A program made the translations under genes and the position numbers. Below are positions 1 through 8,749 of a stretch of DNA of 64,000 nt, piece by piece (the stretch's first letter is position 1; each line of letters begins with the position of its first letter). This DNA comes from Eubacteriales bacterium (lineage in GTDB: Bacteria > Bacillota > Clostridia > Oscillospirales > CAG-272). The notes under the pieces were generated by a model. The model ran no database searches, was not told the DNA's origin, and saw only the letters and a list, made by a program, of their open reading frames with translations. The stretch lies in the NCBI GenBank assembly GCA_045636445.1, contig JAZTXO010000152.1, forward strand, positions 40,370-104,369, in the 5' to 3' direction.

Positions 1-218
1 TTTCGAAAATAATCGTTGACTATTTCGGCAAGAGCTTCAAGGAGCTTTTGCTTGACGAGAGAATGAAAACGGCAAAACGGCTTCTTCTTGAAAGCGATAT
101 GTCGGTTGGGGAAATAATTTACAGTGTCGGCTATGAAAACGAATCTTATTTTCACAGAGAATTTAAAAAGAGATACGGAGCAACGCCTCTGGGCATAAGA
201 CGCCAAAGGGAGCTGTAA
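1..218 (+). CDS. AraC/XylS-family transcriptional regulator, C-terminal HTH end (5' part outside window)
   Basis: Frame-3 translation reads ...FKELLLDERMKTAKRLLLESDMSVGEIIYSVGYENESYFHREFKKRYGATPLGIRRQREL*, typical of the second HTH of AraC-type regulators. Stop TAA at 216-218. Absent from the ORF track because no start lies in the window. Confidence 0.7.
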   Translation, partial: SKIIVDYFGKSFKELLLDERMKTAKRLLLESDMSVGEIIYSVGYENESYFHREFKKRYGATPLGIRRQREL

Positions 219-241
219 GCTTTTGTTTTAAAGGAGATTTT

Positions 242-991
242 ATGAAAGGATATATACATTCTAAAGAATCATTTGGCACTCTGGACGGCCCGGGAATAAG
301 ATACGTGCTTTTTATGCAAGGCTGTCCTATGCGTTGCCTTTACTGCCATAATCCCGACACCTGGAATACTCAAGGCGGCAAAGAAATCGAAATTGACGAT
401 ATAATCAAAGAATACAAAAACAACGAAGGCTTTTATCGCAGCGGCGGAATAACCGTTACGGGCGGAGAGCCGCTGATGCAAATAGACTTTGTCACCGAGC
501 TTTTCAAGGTCTGCAATAAAAACGGCATACACACCTGCATTGACACTTCCGGAATAACGTTTTCACAAAACGACCGTCAGATTGAAAAATTTGACGCTCT
601 TATGGAGCATACCGACCTTGTAATGCTGGATATAAAGCACATTGACCCGTCATCTCACAAGACTCTGACCGGCAAAGATAACGAAAATATCCTCGCCTTT
701 GCAAAATACCTTTACAAAAAAGGAATCAAGGTCTGGATAAGATATGTCCTTGTGCCGGGATACACCGACAAGGAAGAGCATCTTTTGAAACTTGCCGATT
801 TTATAGCTCCGTTAAAAAACATCCGAGCAATAGAGGTGCTTCCTTATCACACTTTAGGCGTACACAAATACGAAAGTCTTAATATTCCCTACCGCTTAGA
901 TGGAGTGCCTACGCCAACAAAGGAGCAGGTGGAAAATGCAAAAACTGTAATTGTAAGCAGAATTAAGGAAAAACGCAGCTCTGAAATATAA
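242..991 (+). CDS. pflA: Pyruvate formate-lyase activating enzyme (radical SAM)
   Basis: 249 aa. N-terminal radical-SAM cluster motif CPMRCLYCHN and a GGEPL motif, collinear with PflA. RBS AAAGGAG just upstream of the ATG. Sits directly upstream of pflB. Confidence 0.93.
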   Translation: MKGYIHSKESFGTLDGPGIRYVLFMQGCPMRCLYCHNPDTWNTQGGKEIEIDDIIKEYKNNEGFYRSGGITVTGGEPLMQIDFVTELFKVCNKNGIHTCIDTSGITFSQNDRQIEKFDALMEHTDLVMLDIKHIDPSSHKTLTGKDNENILAFAKYLYKKGIKVWIRYVLVPGYTDKEEHLLKLADFIAPLKNIRAIEVLPYHTLGVHKYESLNIPYRLDGVPTPTKEQVENAKTVIVSRIKEKRSSEI

Positions 992-1040
992 TTTTTGCAA
1001 TTTTTTCGACTTTTTGACATAAACTTCTAGGAAAGCGTTA

Positions 1041-1069
1041 TTGACTTTGAGCTAAAAATATTATATAAT
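1041..1069 (+). promoter_or_regulatory. SigA-type promoter for pflB (TTGACT-17-TATAAT)
   Basis: TTGACT at 1041-1046, exact 17-nt spacer, TATAAT at 1064-1069, about 90 nt upstream of the pflB ATG. Confidence 0.5.
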
Positions 1070-1160
1070 AAAGAGTAATAATTTTTTGCGGCAAACTTTA
1101 TTTGTTTTCACTCAAGTGAAAATGGCAGCCGCGCAGTAACTACAAGAAAGGCGAAACGAA

Positions 1161-3260
1161 ATGATTACCGATTACGCTGGCTGGGAAGGCTTCGAAAACG
1201 GAAAATGGAGAAAAGAAATTAACGTTAGAAGCTTTATCACCCATAACTATACACCATACGACGGAAACGAGGATTTCCTTGAAGGTGCAACCGAATGCAC
1301 AAAAGAGCTTTGGGACATAGTTCTTGAGCTTTCAAAGCAGGAGAGAGAAAAAGGCGGAGTCCTTGATATGGACACCAAGATAATTTCCACCATAACCTCT
1401 CACGGCCCTGCATATCTTGATAAGAATAAAGAAAAGATTGTGGGCTTCCAGACAGACAAGCCCTTCAAGCGCGCTCTTATGCCCTACGGCGGTATAAGAA
1501 TGGCGGAAAAGGCTCTTAAGGATAACGGCTACGAAATAGACCCCGAAGTAAAGAAGTTCTTTACCGTTCACAGAAAAACTCACAACGCAGGCGTTTTTGA
1601 TGCATACACTCCCGAAATGCGCGCCTGCCGTTCAAGCCATATTATTACAGGTCTGCCCGATGCTTACGGCAGAGGAAGAATTATCGGTGACTACCGAAGA
1701 GTTGCTCTTTACGGTGTTGACAGACTTATTGAGGACAAGCAGATGCAGAAGGACACCTCCCGTTCAACAATGCTTGCCGACAACATCCGTGACAGAGAGG
1801 AGCTTTCCGAACAGATAAGAGCTCTTGAAGACCTGAAGAAAATGGCTCTTTCCTACGGCTACGATATTTCCGAACCCGCAAAGGATACAAAGGAAGCTAT
1901 TCAGTGGCTTTACTTCGGCTATCTTGCAGCGGTTAAGGAGCAAAACGGAGCAGCAATGTCTCTCGGACGTACCTCCACCTTCCTTGATATTTACGCAGAG
2001 CGTGACCTTGCTCAGGGCAGATACACCGAGGAGGAAATCCAGGAGCTTGTCGACCACTTCATAATGAAGCTTCGTCTTGTAAAATTTGCAAGAACTCCCG
2101 AATATAATTCCCTCTTCTCCGGCGACCCCCAGTGGGTTACCGAATCTATTGCGGGTATGGGTATCGACGGACGCCACATGGTTACAAAAATGTCTTACAG
2201 ATATCTTCACACCCTTGAAAACCTCGGCGCTGCTCCCGAGCCTAACCTTACCGTTCTGTGGTCTACAAGACTTCCCGAGAACTTTAAGCGTTTCTGCGCT
2301 CGTATTTCTATCGAGACCTCGTCTGTTCAGTATGAGAACGACGACCTTATGCGTTTTACTCACGGTGACGATTATGCTATCGCCTGCTGCGTTTCGGCTA
2401 TGAAAATAGGAAAGCAGATGCAGTTCTTCGGCGCAAGAGCGAACCTTGCAAAGTGTCTGCTTTACGCTATCAACGGCGGTGTTGACGAAATTTCAGGCGA
2501 GCAGATAGGCCCTGAATACCGTAAGGTTGAGGGCGAATATCTCGACTTTGACGACGTTATCCGCAAGTATAACGCTATGCTTAAATGGCTCTCCGAGGTT
2601 TACGTTAACACACTTAATATCATTCACTATATGCACGACAAGTACTGCTATGAGAAGATTCAGATGGCTCTTCACGACAAGAACGTTACCCGCTGGTTTG
2701 CAACGGGTATTGCGGGACTTTCGGTTGTTGCGGACTCTCTTTCGGCTATCAAGTATGCAAAGGTTAAGCCTATAAGAGACGAAAGAGGACTTGCCGTTGA
2801 CTTTGAAATCGAGGGCGACTTCCCCAAGTACGGAAACGACGACGACAGAGTAGACTCTCTTGCTTACGACGTTATTCAGATGTTTATGAATCACATCAAG
2901 AAAAAGCAGACCTACCGCGACAGTATTCCTACCACCTCGGTGCTTACAATTACCTCTAACGTGGTTTACGGTAAGAACACCGGAGCAACCCCCGACGGCA
3001 GAAAACGCGGCGAGGCATTCGCTCCCGGCGCAAACCCGATGCACAAGAGAGACACCAACGGCGCTATCGCTTCTTTGGCGTCTGTTGCAAAGCTTCCCTT
3101 CAGAGATGCTCAGGACGGTATTTCAAACACCTTCTCTATAATCCCCGATGCTCTCGGTAAGGACGACCGCATCTTCGTTGGCGACATTGACGTGGATTTG
3201 GACTGCGGCTCGGGCGCTTGCAACGCTCCCACTCTCTTCGAGGGACTTGACGCAGAATAA
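1161..3260 (+). CDS. pflB: Pyruvate formate-lyase (formate C-acetyltransferase) catalytic core, lacking the C-terminal glycyl-radical domain
   Basis: 699 aa, collinear with PFL. Active-site Cys pair is present in [12 protein letters not shown], and homology runs to ...[22 protein letters not shown] (ends about nt 3167). It then continues with 31 unrelated codons and stops at 3258-3260. No RVSGYAV glycine loop in this ORF. Confidence 0.9.
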   Translation: MITDYAGWEGFENGKWRKEINVRSFITHNYTPYDGNEDFLEGATECTKELWDIVLELSKQEREKGGVLDMDTKIISTITSHGPAYLDKNKEKIVGFQTDKPFKRALMPYGGIRMAEKALKDNGYEIDPEVKKFFTVHRKTHNAGVFDAYTPEMRACRSSHIITGLPDAYGRGRIIGDYRRVALYGVDRLIEDKQMQKDTSRSTMLADNIRDREELSEQIRALEDLKKMALSYGYDISEPAKDTKEAIQWLYFGYLAAVKEQNGAAMSLGRTSTFLDIYAERDLAQGRYTEEEIQELVDHFIMKLRLVKFARTPEYNSLFSGDPQWVTESIAGMGIDGRHMVTKMSYRYLHTLENLGAAPEPNLTVLWSTRLPENFKRFCARISIETSSVQYENDDLMRFTHGDDYAIACCVSAMKIGKQMQFFGARANLAKCLLYAINGGVDEISGEQIGPEYRKVEGEYLDFDDVIRKYNAMLKWLSEVYVNTLNIIHYMHDKYCYEKIQMALHDKNVTRWFATGIAGLSVVADSLSAIKYAKVKPIRDERGLAVDFEIEGDFPKYGNDDDRVDSLAYDVIQMFMNHIKKKQTYRDSIPTTSVLTITSNVVYGKNTGATPDGRKRGEAFAPGANPMHKRDTNGAIASLASVAKLPFRDAQDGISNTFSIIPDALGKDDRIFVGDIDVDLDCGSGACNAPTLFEGLDAE

Positions 3261-3367
3261 TTTCGAGAAAATCATTCTCACGCAGGAAAGTGGGAATTTC
3301 AATCTTGCAACGCAAGAATTTTACGCAGACGCAGTCTGCATTTCATCTCCAAGAAAGGAAAAATATT

Positions 3368-3610
3368 ATGGCAGCAACTCAAAATCAGATAGATAATTTG
3401 GTATCTCTCCTTGACGGATACGTTGAAAAGGGCGGCCACCACCTGAACGTTAACGTTTTCACCAAGGAAACGCTCCTTGACGCTCAGGCTCACCCCGAAA
3501 AATATCCCCAGCTTACCGTAAGAGTAAGCGGCTATGCGGTAAACTTCATTAAGCTTACCAAGGAGCAGCAGGACGAGGTAATTTCCCGTACCTTCCACGA
3601 CCAGATCTAA
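3368..3610 (+). CDS. Free-standing glycyl-radical domain protein (GrcA/YfiD-like; corresponds to the missing PflB C-terminus)
   Basis: 80 aa: [80 protein letters not shown]. Contains the RVSGYAV glycyl-radical fingerprint. Own RBS (AAAGGA) about 8 nt before the ATG at 3368. Reading frame differs from pflB. Confidence 0.85.
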   Translation: MAATQNQIDNLVSLLDGYVEKGGHHLNVNVFTKETLLDAQAHPEKYPQLTVRVSGYAVNFIKLTKEQQDEVISRTFHDQI

Positions 3611-3630
3611 AGTTAGAGAACGAGATTTAG

Positions 3631-3737
3631 GTAATTTTTATAAAAACGACGCAAAAACTTTTGGTCAAGGAATTTTAAACTGTAAAAAAGGGCAAAGGCA
3701 CTCATTTTCGGCGCCTTTGCCCTAAAATGTTTTTATT
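3631..3737. repeat. Direct repeat copy 1 (~107 bp, contains a terminator hairpin)
   Basis: Near-identical to 4267-4375. A 47-nt identical core is TTTTATAAAAACGACGCAAAAACTTTTGGTCAAGGAATTTTAAACTG, followed by GGGCAAAGGC...GCCTTTGCCC TAAAAT.TTTTTATT. A few substitutions and one 2-nt indel. Confidence 0.9.
3690..3722. terminator. Bidirectional intrinsic terminator (inside repeat copy 1)
   Basis: GGGCAAAGGC / GCCTTTGCCC stem. T-rich tract follows on the + strand (after the grcA-like gene) and a T6 run on the - strand (after the XRE gene). Confidence 0.65.
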
Positions 3738-3960
3738 CGCTCTTCGGCGGAACAAATTCAATCAAATCCTCGATTTTGCAATCCAAAACAGTGCAAATCC
3801 TTGCAAGAACATCTGTGTCAAGCCTTGTAATTTTGTTTTTGCAATAGTTGTTTATTTGAGTTCTTTGCATCTCCGCTTTGTGGCTGAGCTTGTTTTTACT
3901 TATGCCCTTTTCTTTTATAAGCTCATCAAGCTTGATTTTTATTTTTCCGTATTCGTTCAT
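3733..3960 (-). CDS. XRE/Cro-C1-type helix-turn-helix transcriptional regulator (75 aa)
   Basis: MNEYGKIKIKLDELIKEKGISKNKLSHKAEMQRTQINNYCKNKITRLDTDVLARICTVLDCKIEDLIEFVPPKSE, a classic small HTH_XRE pattern. I use the internal ATG at 3960, because the track's longer N-terminus runs through the promoter region. Confidence 0.8.
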   Translation of the reverse strand: MNEYGKIKIKLDELIKEKGISKNKLSHKAEMQRTQINNYCKNKITRLDTDVLARICTVLDCKIEDLIEFVPPKSE

Positions 3961-3983
3961 TACAAATTCCTCAAGTTTTAGTA

Positions 3984-4013
3984 TTGACAAATCTATTATA
4001 TATAAGTTATAAT
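3984..4013 (+). promoter_or_regulatory. Promoter for the AbrB-like gene (TTGACA-18-TATAAT)
   Basis: TTGACA at 3984-3989, TATAAT at 4008-4013. Overlaps the divergent promoter at 3995-4023. Confidence 0.55.
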
Positions 4014-4023
4014 ATAAATGTAA
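3995..4023 (-). promoter_or_regulatory. Promoter for the XRE gene (TTACAT-17-TATAAT on minus strand)
   Basis: Minus strand reads TTACAT (4023-4018), 17-nt spacer, TATAAT (4000-3995). It interdigitates with the + strand promoter. Confidence 0.5.
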
Positions 4024-4077
4024 GATGTAGAAAGTCTTGTGAGACTTCTTACACATATATGGTGCGGGAGAATTATA

Positions 4078-4257
4078 ATGGAAAAGCAGGGAATAAACAA
4101 AGAAATCGACTCGCTGGGCAGGCTTGTTATTCCGAAAGAAATGAGAAGTCTTTTCAAGATGGAAACCGAGGTAGAGCTTATTGTCACAGAAGAAGGCATT
4201 CTTGTAAGAAACCCAAAATATAAGCTTGTTGAAGTAAAAGAGAACAAGATAGATTAA
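4078..4257 (+). CDS. AbrB/MazE/SpoVT-family DNA-binding protein (59 aa)
   Basis: MEKQGINKEIDSLGRLVIPKEMRSLFKMETEVELIVTEEGILVRNPKYKLVEVKENKID. GRLVIPKEMR is the swapped-hairpin SpoVT/AbrB signature. RBS GGGAG sits 8 nt before the ATG at 4078. Confidence 0.75.
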   Translation: MEKQGINKEIDSLGRLVIPKEMRSLFKMETEVELIVTEEGILVRNPKYKLVEVKENKID

Positions 4258-4266
4258 AGGTACGGG

Positions 4267-4375
4267 GTACTTTTATAAAAACGACGCAAAAACTTTTGGT
4301 CAAGGAATTTTAAACTGCAAAACAAAAGGGCAAAGGCGCTCATTTTCGGTGCCTTTGCCCTAAAATATTTTTATT
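4267..4375. repeat. Direct repeat copy 2 (~109 bp, contains a terminator hairpin)
   Basis: See copy 1 (3631-3737). The two copies exactly bracket the XRE/AbrB pair. Confidence 0.9.
4328..4360. terminator. Bidirectional intrinsic terminator (inside repeat copy 2)
   Basis: GGGCAAAGGC / GCCTTTGCCC stem between the convergent AbrB-like (+) and MATE (-) genes. Confidence 0.65.
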
Positions 4376-4386
4376 TGGTTATTACT

Positions 4387-5754
4387 TTATTCTATTACCT
4401 TCAGTGCCTTCTTAAATCGGAAATAGAAGAGCACAGCCGTAAAGCTTACCGCAATAACGTCGGCTATCGGCTCGGCAAGATATACGGCAAAGGTTTTGTC
4501 GGCTATAAAGCTTGGAAGAATGAAAATCAGCGGCAAAAGGAGAACGAATTTTCTCATAACCGCAACAATAACCGATTCGCCTGCTCTGCCGAGTGAAACA
4601 AAGGTCATCTGGCAGGCTATCTGTATTCCGAAAATGCAAAGAGCCGCACAGTATATCCGAAGAGCTCCTGCGGTAAAGGAAATCAAATTTTCATCGGGGG
4701 TAAATATTGAAGCAAAGGCAGAGGGGAACAGCATAATAAGCGCCCACACGACAAAGGAATAGCAAAGGCTTACCGTTAGAAGATATTTATATCCCTGTTT
4801 AACTCTGTCTGCTTTCCTTGCGCCGTAATTGTATCCGATTATCGGCTGAGAGCCTTGGGCAAGTCCTTGAAGGGGAAGCATTGCAAACTGCATAACGCTG
4901 GTTAAGATAGTCATAGCTCCCACGGCAAGGTCGCTGCCGTATTTCAAAAGAGAAGCGTTAAAGCATATGGCGATAACGCTTTCGCTCGCCTGCATAACGA
5001 AGTGCGCAAGACCTAGAGCGAAGCAAGGAAGAACTATTTTCGGATAAGGGATAATAAAACGCAGACGAAGCCTTAAAATGCTTCTCTTGCTGCAAAGGAA
5101 CAAAACCACCCAAAGACACGAGACCGCCTGCGAAATAACCGTTGCCAGAGCCGCACCCTTAACACCCATTTCGAATGCGTATATAAACAAAGGGTCAAGA
5201 GCGATATTTAAAACCGCGCCGATTAGTGTTGAAATCATACCGATTCCCGAAAAGCCCTGAGCCGTTATATAGGCATTCATTCCGAGAGTCAGCTGCACAA
5301 AGAGAGTGCCTATGGCATATATCGACATATAGTCCGACGCAAAGCCTATGGTCTTGTCACTCGCGCCGAATTTCATCAGCAAACCGTCACCGAAAATCAG
5401 CAGCACGGCGGTCAACACCACCGAAACTATAATTTGAGCGCCAAAGCAGCCGCCCATAGTTTTTTCTGCCGAGTCGTTGTCGCCCTTGCCCATAAAAATC
5501 GAGGCTCTCGGCGCTCCGCCAGAGCTTGTCAGGGCGGCAAATGCCGAAACTATCATAATAAGGGGCATACAAACGCCAACACCCGTAAGCGCAAGGTCGC
5601 CAACATCGGGCATATGACCGATATATATTCGGTCAACGATATTATAAAGCATATTTATCAGCTGGGCAAGTATAGTAGGCACAGACAGCCTAAAAAGAAG
5701 CTTTCCTACCGACTCGGTTGCCAAATAGCTGTTATCTTTACTTGAAATTTGCAA
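4387..5754 (-). CDS. MATE-family efflux transporter
   Basis: 455 aa polytopic membrane protein. The N-terminus ...GKLLFRLSVPTILAQLINMLYNIVDRIYIGH is typical of MATE (MatE repeat). TTG start with AGAAAGG upstream. Confidence 0.85.
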   Translation of the reverse strand: MQISSKDNSYLATESVGKLLFRLSVPTILAQLINMLYNIVDRIYIGHMPDVGDLALTGVGVCMPLIMIVSAFAALTSSGGAPRASIFMGKGDNDSAEKTMGGCFGAQIIVSVVLTAVLLIFGDGLLMKFGASDKTIGFASDYMSIYAIGTLFVQLTLGMNAYITAQGFSGIGMISTLIGAVLNIALDPLFIYAFEMGVKGAALATVISQAVSCLWVVLFLCSKRSILRLRLRFIIPYPKIVLPCFALGLAHFVMQASESVIAICFNASLLKYGSDLAVGAMTILTSVMQFAMLPLQGLAQGSQPIIGYNYGARKADRVKQGYKYLLTVSLCYSFVVWALIMLFPSAFASIFTPDENLISFTAGALRIYCAALCIFGIQIACQMTFVSLGRAGESVIVAVMRKFVLLLPLIFILPSFIADKTFAVYLAEPIADVIAVSFTAVLFYFRFKKALKVIE

Positions 5755-5777
5755 TTTTGTAAACCTTTCTTTACGGT

Positions 5778-6242
5778 TTATAGGTTTTTAATGTATTTTG
5801 CCACCTTTTCGGGAAGAAGCTTTTCCCAATCACCCGAAGTGTCAATGCCGTCTCTTACGGCAGTAGAGCTTATGTTTTCAAAGCCTTCGTCGCACTTCCA
5901 AAGCAGAGTATCATACCCACCGTATTTTTTGTTATATTCCGCCTGCTCTCTTTCCCAGGGCAGGTCGCTTTCGTTTCTGTATCCTTTAACAATCTTATCA
6001 ATAGAATGCTCTCGCATATAATCTATAACAAGTCCGTTAGAATAGCTAACAAGAACGTTGTCGTATTCCTCTGTGGCAAGCATAAGCATAGCAACTCTGT
6101 CGTCAAGAGAAAATTTATAGTTCTTCTTGGGATTTATAAAAGCAACCACAAAAACCTCGTCAAATTCCTTTGCGGCTCTCTTGATTATTTCAAGATGTCC
6201 AATGGTTACGGGGTCGTAGCTTCCGGGTAAAATTACCTTCAA
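5778..6242 (-). CDS. coaD: Phosphopantetheine adenylyltransferase
   Basis: 154 aa. The N-terminal PGSYDPVTIGHLEII nucleotidyltransferase motif matches the CoaD pattern GSFDPxTxGH. Strong RBS GGGAGGA. Classic rsmD-coaD adjacency. Confidence 0.9.
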   Translation of the reverse strand: MKVILPGSYDPVTIGHLEIIKRAAKEFDEVFVVAFINPKKNYKFSLDDRVAMLMLATEEYDNVLVSYSNGLVIDYMREHSIDKIVKGYRNESDLPWEREQAEYNKKYGGYDTLLWKCDEGFENISSTAVRDGIDTSGDWEKLLPEKVAKYIKNL

Positions 6243-6244
6243 TT

Positions 6245-6817
6245 TTATTCCTCCCTGCCGTTATAGACAAGTATATTTACAAAGGTTTTTTTGCCGTAAT
6301 GAGTGGATTTTATTACCTCGTAGCCTGAAAGTCTTTCATCGTCGGGGGATATTTCTTCCGTGCCCGATTCAAGTATAACGAGAGCTCCGGGGATTACAAG
6401 CTCCTTTTCGGCAAGATAGTTTGCCGCATCGGCGCAACACTCCATATTGTAAGGCGGGTCAACGAAAACAAGGTCAAAACGCTCTCTTCCCGAAGCCTTG
6501 CGGATATAGTTTTTCCAATCGCTTACAAGATAACGGCACTTGTCATCAAAGCCTGTTATTTTTACGTTTTTCTTGACTATTTCCATCGCTTCTCTGGAAG
6601 AGTCGATGAACATTACCCTCTCTGCTCCTCTTGAAAGAGCCTCAAGTCCCATCTGTCCTGAACCTGCAAAAAGGTCGAGGACTATGCGGTTTTCCACCTC
6701 AAACTGTATTGAAGAAAATATGGCTTCTTTTATTCTCTCGGAAGTAGGTCTTGTTGCTTCGCCCTCAAGGGTTTCTAGCCTTTTTCCTTTAGCGCTTCCG
6801 GTAATTATTCTCATCAT
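6245..6817 (-). CDS. rsmD: 16S rRNA (guanine966-N2)-methyltransferase
   Basis: 190 aa. SAM-binding DLFAGSGQMGLEALSRGA and the DPPY motif (VFVDPPYN). Located upstream of coaD as in many Firmicutes. Confidence 0.85.
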   Translation of the reverse strand: MMRIITGSAKGKRLETLEGEATRPTSERIKEAIFSSIQFEVENRIVLDLFAGSGQMGLEALSRGAERVMFIDSSREAMEIVKKNVKITGFDDKCRYLVSDWKNYIRKASGRERFDLVFVDPPYNMECCADAANYLAEKELVIPGALVILESGTEEISPDDERLSGYEVIKSTHYGKKTFVNILVYNGREE

Positions 6818-6823
6818 TGATTT

Positions 6824-8665
6824 TTACCTCTTTTTCGTCTTGTTAGTCTTGTTTTTGAAATATTCGAAAATCCTCTTTGCATCAGCCTCGCCAATTCCCT
6901 TTACCGCCATAAGTTCTTCTGCCGTAGCGGTGCGTATCTTACCCAAGGGCATAGCCGAAAGAAGAGCCTTTGCCTTTGCCGGGCCTATTCCTTCAATCTT
7001 CTCAAGAGAGGAAGTCGTCATAGTTTTTATCTTACCTTTGCCGGAGCTTTTAACGGCAAATCTGTGAGCTTCTTCCTGCAAATTGTAAATAAAAGCGTAC
7101 ACATCGAACTCTTTTGCAATAGAAATCTCATTTTTGCCATCGGTCAACGCTCTCGTTTTATGGAAGTCATCCTTCACCATTCCGAACACCGGAATTTCAA
7201 GTCCTACGGTCTCAAGCACCGATTTTGCGACTCCAACGTGGGCATCGCCGCCATCAACCAGAATAAGATCGGGGCGTTCTCCGAGAGATGCCGATCCGTC
7301 ACCGATATGCTTTAGTCTGCGGGTGAGAGCTTCACGCATTGAGCCGTAATCGTCAGCTCCGTCTGTGGTTTTTATGGTGAAAAGGCGGTAGTCGCTCTTT
7401 TTAAGCCTTCCGTCAGTCCAAACAACCATTGACGCTACGATGTTTTCATTTCCGATGTTTGAAATATCATAGCCTTCGATTCTCTTCGGAAATTCGGAAA
7501 GTCCCATAAGAGCAGATAGCCTTTTAATATTTTTGTCTTCCCTCTCGCTTTCGAGAATTTGCTGCCTTGCTGACTCCTTGGCATTTTCAAGAGCCATATT
7601 GCAAAGAGCCTTTCCGTCGCCTCTTTCCGGCTTTTTGACGTTAACCTTGTGTCCTGCCTCTATTGAAAGATATTCCCCAAGAAGAAGCATATCCTCTTCA
7701 TCCGCATCAAATCCGAGCATTATTTCCCTGGGAGCGTGTCCCCACTCGTCGTAATGAGCAGCTATAAGCGAAATAAGCTCCTCCGGCCCCGGCTTTTCTA
7801 CTGCGGAAAGCAAAAATTCATTTTTGTTTATAAGTAGACCCTGACGCACCGAAAGCATAGCAAGAACGCCCACCGAGCTTGAAAAATCGGCAGCAAATAC
7901 GTCTCTGTTGACCTTGCCGTCGGCAACGACCTTTTGTTTTTCCGAAAGCTTATCGAGAGCAAGAAGTCTGTCTCTGAGAACTGCGGCTCTTTCAAATTCA
8001 AGATTTTCCGCAGCCTCCTCCATTTGTCTTGAAAGCTCTACCTTTACCTCGTCGGAGCTGCCGTCAAGGACTCTTGCAAGAGCCTTTATAAGCTCGGCAT
8101 ACTCTTCCTTTGACACTCCGCCGGCACAGGGAGCTACGCATCTTCCCATATCTTTATAAAGACAAGGCCGCTCTCTGCCTATATCCTTTGGGAAAGAGCG
8201 TTTGCAGGTTGGAATTCCGAAAACTCTTACCAACGCATCAATAACACCGTAAGCGGCGGAAGCACCCGAGTAAGGGCCGAAATATTTTGCCTTATCCGAG
8301 CGTCTTTCTCTCGTTACGACCAGCTTCGGATATTCCTCCGCGGTAATTTTCACGTAAGGGTAGGATTTTGAATCCTTAAGCCTTATATTATATTTAGGAG
8401 TGTGCTTTTTTATAAGCACGTTTTCAAGTGAAAGAGCTTCGATTTCGGTCTTGCAAACGATAAAATCAAAATCACGGACAAGGCTAACCATTTTTGCGGT
8501 TTTCAGGGTGTGTGTCGAGCCTACAAAGTAGCTTGTCACACGGTTTTTCAGCTTTTTCGATTTGCCTACGTAGATTATTTTGCCCTCGGAGTCCTTCATA
8601 ATGTAAACTCCGGGAGACATCGGCAAGGAATTTGCCTTATCTCTTAAGCGTTCAAGTACAGTCAC
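6824..8665 (-). CDS. uvrC: Excinuclease ABC subunit C
   Basis: N-terminal GIY-YIG (PGVYIMKD...IIYVGKSKKLKNRVTSYF), a UvrBC-interaction region, an RNase H-like endonuclease domain and a C-terminal (HhH)2 (IEGIGPAKAKALL...). I prefer the GTG at 8665, which is preceded by GGAG, over the longer track ORF. Confidence 0.93.
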   Translation of the reverse strand: MTVLERLRDKANSLPMSPGVYIMKDSEGKIIYVGKSKKLKNRVTSYFVGSTHTLKTAKMVSLVRDFDFIVCKTEIEALSLENVLIKKHTPKYNIRLKDSKSYPYVKITAEEYPKLVVTRERRSDKAKYFGPYSGASAAYGVIDALVRVFGIPTCKRSFPKDIGRERPCLYKDMGRCVAPCAGGVSKEEYAELIKALARVLDGSSDEVKVELSRQMEEAAENLEFERAAVLRDRLLALDKLSEKQKVVADGKVNRDVFAADFSSSVGVLAMLSVRQGLLINKNEFLLSAVEKPGPEELISLIAAHYDEWGHAPREIMLGFDADEEDMLLLGEYLSIEAGHKVNVKKPERGDGKALCNMALENAKESARQQILESEREDKNIKRLSALMGLSEFPKRIEGYDISNIGNENIVASMVVWTDGRLKKSDYRLFTIKTTDGADDYGSMREALTRRLKHIGDGSASLGERPDLILVDGGDAHVGVAKSVLETVGLEIPVFGMVKDDFHKTRALTDGKNEISIAKEFDVYAFIYNLQEEAHRFAVKSSGKGKIKTMTTSSLEKIEGIGPAKAKALLSAMPLGKIRTATAEELMAVKGIGEADAKRIFEYFKNKTNKTKKR

Positions 8666-8749
8666 TCTTTTTCTCCTTTCATAAATATAAGGAAAGGACG
8701 GCAGCCCAAAAGCGCACCGTCCCAAAAACGCCGCAGAGGCGGCAGATTC

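Noticed and set aside
3159-3370. Possibility that the ~200-nt pflB/grcA-like spacer is a small group I intron. Splicing after U3158 and G3370 would be in frame.
   Set aside because: I could not find an internal guide sequence complementary to the 5' exon end, or recognisable P3/P7-type pairings, by eye. The downstream ORF has its own good RBS and ATG, which favours two cistrons. It is kept only as an alternative to be tested by RT-PCR in the corresponding finding.
3961-4056. Longer N-terminal extensions offered by the ORF track for the XRE gene (start 4056) and the AbrB-like gene (start 4039). The same applies to trpS (45839), pyrD (22092), DegV (13211), uvrC (8725) and the citrate-synthase-like gene (48179).
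   Set aside because: The extensions run through promoter or spacer sequence, lack an RBS and add non-homologous residues. Internal starts with good RBS spacing match the conserved N-termini of the families.
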